DNA from: Pseudomonadota bacterium
Lineage (GTDB): Bacteria > Pseudomonadota > Gammaproteobacteria > Burkholderiales > Burkholderiaceae_C
Length of the DNA: 64,000 nucleotides
Assembly: GCA_018241405.1 (NCBI GenBank)
Contig: JAFEDY010000032.1
Span: forward strand, 5,725-69,724
Direction: 5' to 3'
Of the stretch, positions 1 through 11,397 are shown one piece after another. Numbering within the stretch: position 1 is the first letter of the stretch; every line of letters starts with the position of its first letter. Made by a program: the position numbers and the translations under genes. A model generated the notes under the pieces. The model was not told where the DNA came from and did no database searches. It was given only the letters and a program-made list of their open reading frames with translations.

Positions 1-271
1 TCTCGTCGATGTCGGCCGCGTCCACATAGCTGTACCAGACCCCCTCCGGGTAGACCACGGCGACGGGGCCGCCCGCGCAGCGGTCCATGCAGCCGGCCTT
101 GTTCACGCGCACCTTGCCGGCGCCGGTCAGGCCCTGCTGCTTGACCAACATCTTGCAGCGCTCGAAGGCCTGCTGCGCGCCATGCTGGGCGCAGCAGTTC
201 TCGCCGTTGGTACGCTCGTTGAGGCAAAAGAAAATATGGCGCTGGTAGTACGGGGGGGTGGTATCGCTCAT
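1..271 (-). CDS. thioredoxin-like [2Fe-2S] ferredoxin, C-terminus runs off the window
   Basis: Partial, so absent from the ORF track. My minus-strand translation from the ATG at 269-271 gives MSDTTPPYYQRHIFFCLNERTNGENCCAQHG...KAGCMDRCAGGPVAVVYPEGVWYSYV. The Cys pattern is typical of this family. Confidence 0.7.
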   Translation of the reverse strand, partial: MSDTTPPYYQRHIFFCLNERTNGENCCAQHGAQQAFERCKMLVKQQGLTGAGKVRVNKAGCMDRCAGGPVAVVYPEGVWYSYVDAADIDE

Positions 272-280
272 GGGCCGATT

Positions 281-1378
281 TTAGGTTTGCGCGTCGCGCC
301 GCGACAGACGCAGCAGCACATACAGCAGCGCGGCGTAGGGCCAGAGCCAGCCCAGCCACTGCCCCAGGCCGTAGAAGCGGCTGAAGCGCCCCTGCTCCCA
401 GGCCTGCAGCGTCTGGGCAAAGTAGGCGCTGGCAGGCGCCTCGTTGAGCAGGTTCAGGTGCAGCATCAGTGCCAGCAGCAGCAAGGCCGCGCAGGCGCGC
501 CGCGGCAGGGCCACCAGGGCCAGCGCCGCGCCCAGCCCCACGGCCAGGCCGGCGCGCGTCGCCGGTGTGAGCCATTCCCAGGCATGGGCCGGACCGTAGC
601 TGAGCAGCCCCGACAATGCCGTCGCCGCCACGCCCAGCGCCGCCGCGGCCAGTGCAAACGCCACGCGCCGCCCCAGGTGGCGCATGATGCAGTAGCCCAG
701 CAGGCAGGGAATCAGCAGGCCCAGCGCCACGGCCAGCAGTTCGCCGCCGGGCGACAGCGGGTCCAGCACCGGCGCACGCACCGGCAGCCAGGCTATGAAG
801 GGCGTGTCCTCCAGCAGGTCGGTCAACGCCTCCTCCAGCCGGTCCCAGACCTGCCCCAGGCCAAAGGGCAGGGCCGCCGGAAACAGCAAGGCCCAGGGCC
901 ACAGGGCCAGCAGCACCAAGGCCCCGCGCGCCTGCGGCACGAACCAGCTCTCGCGAAAGCGGCTCCAGCGCGCGATGGCGCCCAGGCGCTCCAGCAGCGC
1001 CGCCGCCAGCGCCCCCAGCAGCGTGCCGGCGGCATTGAGCGACAGGTCCATGTTGGACGGCACGCGCCGCGGCAGGTACACCTGCAGCGTCTCCATGGAC
1101 AGCGACAGCAGCGCTCCCGCCAGCGCCGCCACCGGCACCGCCGCGCGCGGCCAGCCGGTGCGCAGCAGGGCCAGCGCCAGCAGGAAGCCGAAGGGCGCGT
1201 AGCCCGCCAGGTTCAGGCCAACGTCGAACCAGGTCCAGTACGGCGGCGGCATGGGCGCCGTGAAGAACACCCAGGGGGAGATGCCCTGCACGCGCCAGCC
1301 CTCGAACGGAAACAGGCTGGCAAATACGATCAAGGCGGCATAGATGAGTGCAAGCGGCCAGGCCGATGTCTTGTGCAT
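281..1378 (-). CDS. VanZ-family integral membrane protein
   Basis: ORF 281..1570. The plausible start is the internal MHKTSAWPLALIYAALIVFASLFPFEGW (ATG at 1376-1378). Multi-pass hydrophobic protein; the N-terminal part resembles VanZ. Confidence 0.55.
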   Translation of the reverse strand: MHKTSAWPLALIYAALIVFASLFPFEGWRVQGISPWVFFTAPMPPPYWTWFDVGLNLAGYAPFGFLLALALLRTGWPRAAVPVAALAGALLSLSMETLQVYLPRRVPSNMDLSLNAAGTLLGALAAALLERLGAIARWSRFRESWFVPQARGALVLLALWPWALLFPAALPFGLGQVWDRLEEALTDLLEDTPFIAWLPVRAPVLDPLSPGGELLAVALGLLIPCLLGYCIMRHLGRRVAFALAAAALGVAATALSGLLSYGPAHAWEWLTPATRAGLAVGLGAALALVALPRRACAALLLLALMLHLNLLNEAPASAYFAQTLQAWEQGRFSRFYGLGQWLGWLWPYAALLYVLLRLSRRDAQT

Positions 1379-1391
1379 GGTGCCGCCACGG

Positions 1392-1820
1392 TCAGAACGG
1401 CTTGACCACCACCAGCACCACGGCCGCGATGAGCAGCAGCACGGGCAGCTCGTTGAACCAGCGGAACCACTTATGGCTATGCTGGTCGGTATTGGCCGCC
1501 AGCCGGCCCAGCAGCCGCGCGCAGGCCCAGTGGTAGAGCACCACCAGCAGCACCACCGCCAGCTTGGCATGCAGCCAGCCGTTGCCCGGGCCCATGCCTA
1601 TGCCATAGCCCAGCCATAGCCACAGCCCCAGGCCAATGGCCGGCACGGCCAGCAAGGTGGTAAAGCGCAGGAGCTTGCCCGCCATGAGCAGCAGGCGCGC
1701 GCGCTCGGCCACCGAGCCCGGCTGCACCATGGCCAGGTTGACGAAGATGCGTGGCAGATAGAACAGGCCAGCGAACCAGCTGGCGATGAAGACGATGTGG
1801 AAGGCTTTGACCCAGAGCAT
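1392..1820 (-). CDS. hemJ: protoporphyrinogen IX oxidase HemJ (UPF0093/CopD-like)
   Basis: 142 aa, MLWVKAFHIVFIASWFAGLFYLPRIFVN...; size and N-terminal motif match the HemJ family. Confidence 0.75.
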   Translation of the reverse strand: MLWVKAFHIVFIASWFAGLFYLPRIFVNLAMVQPGSVAERARLLLMAGKLLRFTTLLAVPAIGLGLWLWLGYGIGMGPGNGWLHAKLAVVLLVVLYHWACARLLGRLAANTDQHSHKWFRWFNELPVLLLIAAVVLVVVKPF

Positions 1821-1845
1821 CGGCGCAGTGTACGCGGCACGCTAC

Positions 1846-1876
1846 AAAAAAAAGAGGCCCGGACGGGCCGGGCTGG
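1846..1876 (-). terminator. rho-independent terminator after the ligase-like gene
   Basis: Minus strand reads GCCCGG-cccgt-CCGGGC followed by a T8 run (the A-run at 1846-1853 on plus). Confidence 0.5.
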
Positions 1877-1990
1877 GAAAGCCCCGCGGCGATCAACGCT
1901 ACCGGGCCCCGCTCAGGGAGGTGAAGCGGGGGGCGGCGAACCGCCCGGGCGCAATCTAGCACTCGCAGGCGGCGCGCGCAAGTCGCGAGG

Positions 1991-3797
<1,807 letters not shown>

Positions 3798-3810
<13 letters not shown>

Positions 3811-4958
3811 CAGCCAAGCCGATACGCGTCTTCCACCTGCGGCCCGGCGCTGGCGCCCAGGAACTGGCGCAGCTGCCCGAAGCACCGCCCGCCCAGGGCT
3901 TTTTCTGGATTGCCTGCACGCGCGCGGCCTTCGGCGCCGAGCTGGTGCGCCTGCAAGCCGCGCTGCAGGCCGTCGCCGGCCAGCAGCTGGTGGACCTGCA
4001 TGTGTCCGACCTGCTCAACGCCCAGCTGCCCTCACATTACGACTACACCGCGCAATACGACCTGCTGGTGGTGCGCCGCCTGGCCCAGGCCCAGGCCCAG
4101 GCCGCCGCGCCCCTGGCCGGCACGGCGCGCGGCGGCCCGCCGGTGCTGCGCCGCATAGACACCAGCCCGGTGGGCTTTGCCGTATTCGACCAGGTACTGC
4201 TGTCGGTGCACCCCGAGGACTGCGGCGTGCGCGATGCCTATGCAGCGCGCCTCACCGGCAACGGCTCACTGGCCATGGCGGCCGAGACCGTGATGCCCGA
4301 GCTGCGCAGCGGCCCCGTGCCCGGCGCGCGTCTGCCGGCCAGCCCCGCCGACCTGATGCTGCGCGTGGCGGGCCACATCGTGGACAACTACCTGGACCTG
4401 CGCCGCGAGCTCTCGCGCCAGCTCGACCATTGGCAGGCAGAGTTGCTGCGCCCGCGCACACGCTTTGCCAACTGGGGCGCGCTGCTGGACGCGCGCCTGG
4501 CCCTGCACCAGCTCGACGAGATCTGCGAGGACCAGCGCACCGCCGTGCGCGCCTGGCTGGATGCGCTGGAGGGCTGGGCCGCGCCCGAGGGCGACGCCGC
4601 TGCTTTGCGCGAGCTGGACCTGCTCAAGGTGCGCAGCCGCGACGTGCTGGAGCATATCGAGCGCGTGGTCAGCCATGTGCGGCGCCTGGAGCACAGCACC
4701 GAGACCGCCGTGCAAATGCATTTCTCGGTGCAAAGCCACCGCACCAACGACATCATGCGCATCCTGACGGCGATCACCGCCATCTTCCTGCCGCTGAACC
4801 TGATTGCCGGCATCTTCGGCATGAACTTCGAGTTCATCCCCCTGGTGCACCAGCAGGACGGCTTCTGGTGGGCCATGGGCGCCATGGGCGGCATCTCCGC
4901 CACCCTGGTGGCGCTGTTCTGGCGCAAGCGCTACCTGGCGCGCACCGGCCAGGGCTGA
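3798..4958 (+). CDS. CorA-family divalent cation transporter (divergent N-domain)
   Basis: 386 aa with a TTG start in the track. The C-terminus has two TM helices and a GMNFEF signature (IAGIFGMNFEFIP). Confidence 0.8.
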
Positions 4959-5003
4959 GCGACTCACGCACGCACCATGGCATGACCGGCACATTTAATT
5001 GAC

Positions 5004-5032
5004 TTGACAATAATTGTCTTGGCAATGATAAT
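5004..5032 (+). promoter_or_regulatory. sigma70-type promoter (TTGACA-17-GATAAT) with an embedded 6-1-6 palindrome GACAATaATTGTC, a likely MarR operator
   Basis: TTGACA at 5004-5009 and GATAAT at 5027-5032, with a 17-nt spacer. A perfect inverted repeat at 5006-5018 lies 8 nt upstream of the marR ATG region. Confidence 0.6.
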
Positions 5033-5040
5033 GCACTGCC

Positions 5041-5526
5041 ATGCAGACCGACCACCTTCCGCACGCCGAGCCAGCGGCCGCCCCGCCATTCGAGGTGGAG
5101 CGCAGCGTAGGCTTTCAGATGCGGCGCATCACCCTGCTGCTGGGCGGCGAGATCGACCGCCGCATGGAGCCCCTGGGCCTGACCGACGCACAATGGAAGC
5201 CGCTTCTGCGCCTGCTGCTGGGCACCCCGGGCACGTCCGCCGCGCTGGCGCGCGACTGCCACATGGACGCGGGCGGCCTCACGCGGCTGATTGACCGCCT
5301 GCAGGCCAAGGGCCTGTGCCAGCGCGAGCGCTCGCAGCAGGACCGGCGCACGGTGCACATCGCCCTCACGCCCGAGGGCCGCGCCGCGGCCGAGCAACTG
5401 CCCGTGATCCTCGCCGAACTGCAGCAGCAGCTGCTGCAGGGCTTCAGCCCCCAGGAAGAGGCGCGGCTGCGCAGTTACCTGGCGCGCATCTACGCCAACA
5501 CGCGCCACCTGGCCGAGCGGCGCTGA
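5041..5526 (+). CDS. MarR-family transcriptional regulator
   Basis: 161 aa; winged-helix region LGLTDAQWKPLLRL...ALARDCHMDAGGLTRLIDRLQAKGLCQRERSQQDRRTVHIALTPEG. Confidence 0.9.
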   Translation: MQTDHLPHAEPAAAPPFEVERSVGFQMRRITLLLGGEIDRRMEPLGLTDAQWKPLLRLLLGTPGTSAALARDCHMDAGGLTRLIDRLQAKGLCQRERSQQDRRTVHIALTPEGRAAAEQLPVILAELQQQLLQGFSPQEEARLRSYLARIYANTRHLAERR

Positions 5527-5539
5527 CCAGACCACACCC

Positions 5540-6985
5540 ATGAACAACCCTCCCTCCTCCCCGCGCGCCCGGGCGCTGCCGGCCGCGCTGCTGCTGGCGC
5601 TGGCCCTGCTTGCGGGCTGCGCCGACATGGCGGGCATCGCACCCCAGGCGCGCATGCGCGACGCCACGGCACTGGGCCTGCCGGCCGGCACCGCGTTTGA
5701 AACACCCCAGGACTGGTGGCGCGGCTTTGGCGACGCGCAACTGGATGCGCTCGTGGACCAGGCCCTGGCCGGCAACCCGGGCCTGGCCCAGGCCGCCGCG
5801 CGCGTCGCCCGCGCCCAGGCCTTTGCCGAACAGGCCCACGCCGCCGAAGGACCGCGCCTGGACGCCGGCCTGGACGCCACGCGCCAGCGCTACAGCGCCA
5901 ACGGCCTGTACCCACCGGGCGTAGCCGGCGCCACCATGGGCGTGGAGACGGCGCGCCTCTCGGGCAGCTGGGAGCTGGACTTCTTCGGCAAGAACCGCGC
6001 CGCGCTGCAGGCCGCGCTGGGCCAGGCCGAGGCCGCGCGCGCCGACGCCCAGGCCGCGCGCCTGCTGCTGGCCAGCCGCGTGGCGCAGGGCTACTTCCAG
6101 CTCGCGCGCCTGCAGGCGCAGCAGGCCGTGGCCGAGCGCACCCTGGCCCAGCGCACCGAGCTGCTGCGCCTGGTGCAGCGCCGCCTGGGTGCGGGCCTGG
6201 ACACCCGGCTGGAGCTGCGCCAGAGCCAGGGCGCGCTGCCCGAGGCACGCCAGCAGATCGAGGCTCTGCGCGAACAGCAGGCCCTGGCGCGCAACGCCCT
6301 GGGCGCCCTTATTGCCGATCAAAAAACGGCTCAAGCGCTTACCCCAAAAGCGCTGGAAGCTATTGAACAAATAGCAATCCCGGCCCATATACCGGCCGAC
6401 CTGCTGGGCCGCCGGCCCGATGTGGCGGCGGCGCGCTGGCGCGTGCAGGCCGCGACACAGGACATGGCCGTGGCGCGCGCCCAGTTCTACCCCAACGTGA
6501 GCCTGACGGCCTTCGTCGGGCTGTCCAGCATCGTGCTGGACCGCTTCATCGACGCCGGCAGCCGCGAATGGGGCGCGGGCCCGGCGCTGCGCCTGCCGCT
6601 GTTCGACTCCGGCCGCCTGCGCGCCAACCTGCGCGGCAAAGCCGCGGACCTGGACGGCGCCGTCGAGAGCTACAACGCCGCCCTGCTCGAAGCCGTGCGC
6701 GACGCGGCCGACCAGCTCGCATCGGGCGCCTCGGTCGAGCGCCAGATCGCCGAGCAGCGCCAGGCCGGCGCCGCCGCCGAGGACGCCTACGCCATCGCCC
6801 AAAAGCGCTACGACGCCGGCCTGGCCAACTACCTGCAGGTGCTGGCGGCCGAGACCCAGGTGCTGGCCCAGCGCCGCCAGGCCGTGGACCTGGCCGCGCG
6901 CCGGCTCGACAGCCAGGTGGCGGTGATGCGCGCGCTCGGCGGCGGCTATGCCGCGCCGCTGCCCGTAGCCACCGCACGGCGTTGA
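5540..6985 (+). CDS. efflux outer-membrane factor lipoprotein (NodT/OprM family)
   Basis: 481 aa with lipobox LLAGC. Typical NodT repeats (PDVAAARWRVQAA, FYPNVSLTAFVG, AVESYNAALLEA). Confidence 0.9.
   Translation: MNNPPSSPRARALPAALLLALALLAGCADMAGIAPQARMRDATALGLPAGTAFETPQDWWRGFGDAQLDALVDQALAGNPGLAQAAARVARAQAFAEQAHAAEGPRLDAGLDATRQRYSANGLYPPGVAGATMGVETARLSGSWELDFFGKNRAALQAALGQAEAARADAQAARLLLASRVAQGYFQLARLQAQQAVAERTLAQRTELLRLVQRRLGAGLDTRLELRQSQGALPEARQQIEALREQQALARNALGALIADQKTAQALTPKALEAIEQIAIPAHIPADLLGRRPDVAAARWRVQAATQDMAVARAQFYPNVSLTAFVGLSSIVLDRFIDAGSREWGAGPALRLPLFDSGRLRANLRGKAADLDGAVESYNAALLEAVRDAADQLASGASVERQIAEQRQAGAAAEDAYAIAQKRYDAGLANYLQVLAAETQVLAQRRQAVDLAARRLDSQVAVMRALGGGYAAPLPVATARR
6310..6378 (-). 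repeat. repeat copy B, inside the outer-membrane factor ORF
   Basis: The reverse complement reads caATAGCTTCCAGCGCTTTTggggtAAGCGCTTGAGCCgttttttgatcgg. Confidence 0.7.
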
Positions 6986-7012
6986 CATAGAACCACCGAA
7001 CAAGAACGCACC

Positions 7013-8257
7013 ATGAACGCCCCGCAAACCACCCCCGCCACCGCTACCGACGCGGCAGTCAACGAGGCCCCCGCCGTGACGCCCGCCAAGGCCAAGCGCC
7101 GCAAGGCCCTGCTCACGCTCGCCAGCGTGGTCGCCGTGGGCGCCATCGCCTGGGGCCTGTACGACGGGCTGGTCGCCAGCCACTACGAGAGCACCGACAA
7201 CGCCTATGTGCAGGGCAACCTGATCCAGATCACGCCCCAGGCCGGCGGCACGGTGATGTCCATCCTGGCCGACGACACCGACTTCGTGCGCGCCGGCAGC
7301 GCCCTGGTGCAGCTGGACCCGGCCGACGCGCGCGTGGCCCTGCAGCAGGCCGAGGCCACCCTGGCCCAGACCGTGCGCCAGGTGCGCCAGCTGTACGCCA
7401 ACAACGGCGCGCTGGCGGCCCAGATCCGCCTGCGCGAGGCCGAGGCGGCGCGCGCCCAGACCGACATCGCGCGCGCCCAGGACGACCTGCGCCGGCGCCA
7501 GCAGCTCACCGGCGACGGCGCCGTCTCCAAGGAGGAGCTGCAGCACGCGCAAAGCCAACTCGACACGGCCCGCACGCAGCTCGCCGCGGCGCAGGCGGGC
7601 GTCACCGCCGCGCGCGAGCAGCTGGCCAGCAACCAGTCGCTGACCGCGGGCGTGGCCGTGGCCCAGCACCCCAGCGTGCTGGCCGCCGCGGCGCGCGTGC
7701 GCGAGGCCTACCTGGGCAGCCGCCGCACCGCCCTGCCCGCACCCGTGGACGGCTATGTGGCGCGGCGCAACGTGCAGCTGGGCCAGCGCGTGGCCGCGGG
7801 CACGCCGCTGATGGCCGTGGTGCCGCTCAAGCAGGTGTGGGTGGACGCCAACTTCAAGGAAAACCAGCTGCGCCACCTGCGCCTGGGCCAGGGCGCCACG
7901 CTGACGGCCGACCTGTACGGCGGCAAGGTGGAATACAAGGGCCGAGTGGTCGGCCTGGGCGTGGGCACGGGCGCGGCCTTTGCGCTGCTGCCGGCGCAGA
8001 ACGCCACCGGCAACTGGATCAAGGTAGTGCAGCGCGTGCCGGTGCGCATTGCGCTCGATGCCGAGCAGTTGGCCCAGCACCCGCTGCGCGTAGGCCTGTC
8101 CATGGAGGTGACGGTGGACACCAAGGACCGCAGCGGCCCCGACCTGGCCGAGGCGCCGCGCGAACAGCCCGTGGCCCAGACCACGGTGTACGAGGCGCTG
8201 GACCAGGGCGCCGAGGCCGAGGTGGCGCGCATCATCAAAGCGAACATGGGAACCTGA
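7013..8257 (+). CDS. HlyD/EmrA-family membrane fusion protein
   Basis: 414 aa with an N-terminal TM helix, a long coiled-coil and an EmrA-like motif (TDNAYVQGNLIQITPQ...VQRVPVRIALD). Confidence 0.9.
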   Translation: MNAPQTTPATATDAAVNEAPAVTPAKAKRRKALLTLASVVAVGAIAWGLYDGLVASHYESTDNAYVQGNLIQITPQAGGTVMSILADDTDFVRAGSALVQLDPADARVALQQAEATLAQTVRQVRQLYANNGALAAQIRLREAEAARAQTDIARAQDDLRRRQQLTGDGAVSKEELQHAQSQLDTARTQLAAAQAGVTAAREQLASNQSLTAGVAVAQHPSVLAAAARVREAYLGSRRTALPAPVDGYVARRNVQLGQRVAAGTPLMAVVPLKQVWVDANFKENQLRHLRLGQGATLTADLYGGKVEYKGRVVGLGVGTGAAFALLPAQNATGNWIKVVQRVPVRIALDAEQLAQHPLRVGLSMEVTVDTKDRSGPDLAEAPREQPVAQTTVYEALDQGAEAEVARIIKANMGT

Positions 8258-8322
8258 GCGCCCTGGGAGCGCCGGCATCCTGCCGGCAACAGCCGCCGCC
8301 CCGATGAACCGACCCAAGCACC

Positions 8323-9888
8323 ATGACCGCCCCCGCCACCCCACCCCCACCGCTGCCGCCGCTGTCCGGCAGCGCCCGCACCTGGGGCACGCTGGCCCTG
8401 TCGGCCGCCACCTTCATGAATGTGCTGGACACGTCGATCGCCAACGTGTCCCTGCCCGCCATCGCCGGCGACCTGGGCGTGAGCCCCACCCAGGGCACCT
8501 GGATCATCACCAGCTTTGCCGTGGCCAACGCCATTGCCGTGCCGCTCACGGGCTGGCTGTCGCAGCGCTTTGGCCAGGTGCGGCTGTTCATGGCCAGCGT
8601 CACGCTGTTCGTCATCGCCTCCTGGCTGTGCGGACTGGCCCCCAACATGCCGCTCTTGATCGCCGCGCGCACGCTGCAGGGCTTTGTCGCCGGGCCCATG
8701 ATTCCGCTGTCGCAGTCGCTGCTGCTGGCCAGCTACCCGCGCGCGCTCGCCGGCCTGGCCATGGCCATGTGGTCCATGACGACGCTGATCGCGCCGGTGA
8801 TGGGGCCGCTCTTGGGTGGCTGGATCACCGACAACATCAGCTGGCCCTGGATCTTCTACATCAACGTGCCGGTGGGCATTGCCTCGGTGCTGGCCACCTG
8901 GGCCATCTTTCACAAGCGCGAAACCGCGCGCCAAAGCCTGCCCATCGACGCCATCGGCCTGGCGCTGATGGTCATAGGCGTGGGCAGCCTGCAGGTGATG
9001 CTCGACATCGGCAAGGAGCATGACTGGTTCTCCTCGCCCCTGGTGACGGGCTGCGCCGTCGCCGCCGGCGTCGGCCTGCTGGCCTTCTGGCTCTGGGAGC
9101 GTGACGAGGCCCACCCGGTGGTGGATCTGAGCCTGTTCAAGATCCGCAATTTCTGGGCTGGCACGCTGGCCACGGCCGTGGGCTACGGGCTGTTCTTTGG
9201 CAACGTGGTGCTGCTGCCGCTGTGGCTGCAGCAGTTCATGGGCTACACCGCCACGCAGGCCGGCGAGATCATGGCGCCCGTGGGACTGCTGGCGATGATT
9301 CTCTCGCCCATCGTCGGCAAGAGCATCGGCCGCGTGGACCCGCGCCGCTACGCCACCTTCGCCTTCGTGGTGTTTGCGCTGGTGCTGTGGATGCGCTCGC
9401 TGTTCTCCACGCAGGCGGACTTCGTCACCATCATGATCCCGACCATCATCCAGGGCATCTCGATGGCGTTCTTCTTCATCCCGCTGGTCACGCTCACGCT
9501 GTCGGAGATTCCGCCGCACCGCGTGCCGGCGGCCTCGGGGCTGTCCAACTTCGTGCGCATCACCGCCGGCGCCATCGGCACCTCGGTGACGACGACGCTG
9601 TGGGAGAACCGCGCCAGCCTGCACCACGCCCAGCTGACCGAGCACCTCACGGCCGACAGCCCGGCGCTGGCGCACACCATGCAGACCCTGCAGGCCGCGG
9701 GCATGACGCCCGCGCAGGCGCTCGCGCAGATCGAGCGCATGACCAACCAGCAGGCCTACATGCTGGCCGCCAACGACATCTTCTGGGCCTCGGCCGTGCT
9801 GTTCATCGCGTTGATTCCACTCGTCTGGCTGGCGCACAAGCCCGCACCCGTGGCCGGCGCCGCCGATGCGGCCGCCGGGGCACATTGA
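8323..9888 (+). CDS. DHA2 (EmrB/QacA) family MFS drug efflux transporter, 14-TMS type
   Basis: 521 aa; FMNVLDTSIANVSLPAIAGDLG motif; follows the MFP gene. Confidence 0.9.
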   Translation: MTAPATPPPPLPPLSGSARTWGTLALSAATFMNVLDTSIANVSLPAIAGDLGVSPTQGTWIITSFAVANAIAVPLTGWLSQRFGQVRLFMASVTLFVIASWLCGLAPNMPLLIAARTLQGFVAGPMIPLSQSLLLASYPRALAGLAMAMWSMTTLIAPVMGPLLGGWITDNISWPWIFYINVPVGIASVLATWAIFHKRETARQSLPIDAIGLALMVIGVGSLQVMLDIGKEHDWFSSPLVTGCAVAAGVGLLAFWLWERDEAHPVVDLSLFKIRNFWAGTLATAVGYGLFFGNVVLLPLWLQQFMGYTATQAGEIMAPVGLLAMILSPIVGKSIGRVDPRRYATFAFVVFALVLWMRSLFSTQADFVTIMIPTIIQGISMAFFFIPLVTLTLSEIPPHRVPAASGLSNFVRITAGAIGTSVTTTLWENRASLHHAQLTEHLTADSPALAHTMQTLQAAGMTPAQALAQIERMTNQQAYMLAANDIFWASAVLFIALIPLVWLAHKPAPVAGAADAAAGAH

Positions 9889-9892
9889 TATG

Positions 9893-9945
9893 CTATCAAT
9901 AACTGAGCTGCCAGCGCTTTATTTGCAAGCGCCAGCAGCCAATCA
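9893..9945 (+). repeat. repeat copy C, between the convergent emrB-like and hydrolase genes
   Basis: ctatcaataacTGAGCTGCCAGCGCTTTATttgCAAGCGCCAGCAGCCaatc; the arms pair at 11 of 13 positions. Confidence 0.8.
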
Positions 9946-10629
9946 ACCTACATGCTGGGCCAGAAAGGCCAGCGTGCGCTCGCGCGCCAGCTGCGCCGCG
10001 GCGGCGTCAAAGCTGGCGCGTTGGTCGCAGTTGAAGCCATGGTCGGCGGCGTAGACCTCGACCTGTACCTCGGGGTGGGCCTGGGCGAAGGCCTGCACCT
10101 GCGGCATGGGAATCCAGTGGTCGCGCGCGCCGAAATGCGCCAGCACCGGCACGCGCGGCTGGCGCGCGCATTCGTGCACCGTGGTGATGCCGCCGCCGTA
10201 GTAGGGCACGGCGGCCGCTAGGTCCTCCAACATGCAGGCCGCGCGCCAGGCGAGCAGCCCGCCCCAGCAATAGCCCACCACGCCGACCTTGCCGTTGTGG
10301 CGCCTGGCGTAGGCTATGGCGGCCTGTATGTCGGGCAGCACGCCCGGCGCGGGCAGGGCCTCTGCGGCGGCCTTGAGGGCCTTGCCGGCCTCCATGTCAG
10401 GGGCGCCATAGCCCAGGTCCACATCGCGCTGCACGCGCGCGAAGGTCGATGGCGCAATCGCCAAATAGCCATGCCTGGCATACCAGTCGGCCACGGCGCG
10501 GATATGGCTGTTGACGCCGAAGATTTCCTGCAGCACCACCACCGCGCCGCGCGGCGCACCATCGGTACGCGCCAGCCAGGCAGAAAAGGTGAAGCCGTCG
10601 CCCGATGTCAGGTCTACCCACTGTCCCAT
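9943..10629 (-). CDS. dienelactone hydrolase family protein
   Basis: ORF 9943..10701; likely start MGQWVDLTSGDG. Contains VVVLQEIFGVN and the GYCWGG nucleophile elbow. Confidence 0.85.
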   Translation of the reverse strand: MGQWVDLTSGDGFTFSAWLARTDGAPRGAVVVLQEIFGVNSHIRAVADWYARHGYLAIAPSTFARVQRDVDLGYGAPDMEAGKALKAAAEALPAPGVLPDIQAAIAYARRHNGKVGVVGYCWGGLLAWRAACMLEDLAAAVPYYGGGITTVHECARQPRVPVLAHFGARDHWIPMPQVQAFAQAHPEVQVEVYAADHGFNCDQRASFDAAAAQLARERTLAFLAQHVG

Positions 10630-10754
10630 GTCGCAATCTCCCGCATGTCTGGCGGCACGCCGCGCAAACCTGTTCCAATGCGCGATTGTTTCAGGAGTCA
10701 CGCGTTCATGGAAAAGATTGTTGTGGGCACTGGCCCGGCGGCACGGGAGCCGGC

Positions 10755-11390
10755 ATGAACCTCAAGCCGCTCATCACGCTGCTGGCCATCGTGAACCCGC
10801 TGGCCATCGTGCCATTCTTCATCCACTACACCAACGGCTTCAGCGCCGCGCAGCGCCGGCGCACCATCCAGGTGGCGGCCTTCGCCACGTTCTGCGTGAT
10901 CGCCGTGTGTGCGCTGCTGGGCCTGCAGATCCTGGACTTCTTCAGCATCTCGCTGCAGAGCTTTCAGGTGGGCGGCGGCCTGCTGCTGCTCATCAGCGCC
11001 ATGAACATGCTGAACGCCCAGCCGGCCGAGGCCAAGCCGCACACCAATGAGCTGGAGGAGGGCGCGCAAAAGGCCGCCCAGGGTTCCAGCATCGCCGTCG
11101 TGCCGCTGACCATTCCGCTGCTCACCGGGCCGGCGGCCATGTCCACGGTGGTGATCTACGCCGATCGCGCCCAGACCATCTGGCAGCACCTGGCCCTGGT
11201 GGGCTACGGCGTGGTGGTGGGCGCGGCCACGGCGCTGTGCTTTGCGCTGGCCGAGCCCATCGAGCGCGTGCTCGGCAAGACCGGCATCAACGTCATGACG
11301 CGGCTCATGGGCCTGATCCTGGCGGCGCTCTCGGTGGAGGTCATGGCCGATGGGCTGAGCAAGCTGTTTCCCGTGCTGGCGGGGCGCTGA
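10755..11390 (+). CDS. MarC-family (NAAT/UPF0056) membrane protein
   Basis: Internal start MNLKPLITLLAIVNPLAIVPFF of ORF 10605..11390; characteristic MarC N-terminus. Confidence 0.85.
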   Translation: MNLKPLITLLAIVNPLAIVPFFIHYTNGFSAAQRRRTIQVAAFATFCVIAVCALLGLQILDFFSISLQSFQVGGGLLLLISAMNMLNAQPAEAKPHTNELEEGAQKAAQGSSIAVVPLTIPLLTGPAAMSTVVIYADRAQTIWQHLALVGYGVVVGAATALCFALAEPIERVLGKTGINVMTRLMGLILAALSVEVMADGLSKLFPVLAGR

Positions 11391-11397
11391 TACGCGG

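Noticed and set aside
5444-8350. Very long ORFs antisense to real genes. Examples are 5444..8350 (968 aa), 45667..48648 (993 aa), 56448..59303 upstream part (951 aa), 7753..9885, 23668..25356, 2262..4001 and 32568..34325.
   Set aside because: They are Arg/Ala/Gly/His-rich low-complexity translations with no recognisable domains. Each lies exactly opposite a well-supported gene. In high-GC DNA the antisense frames lack stop codons by composition alone.
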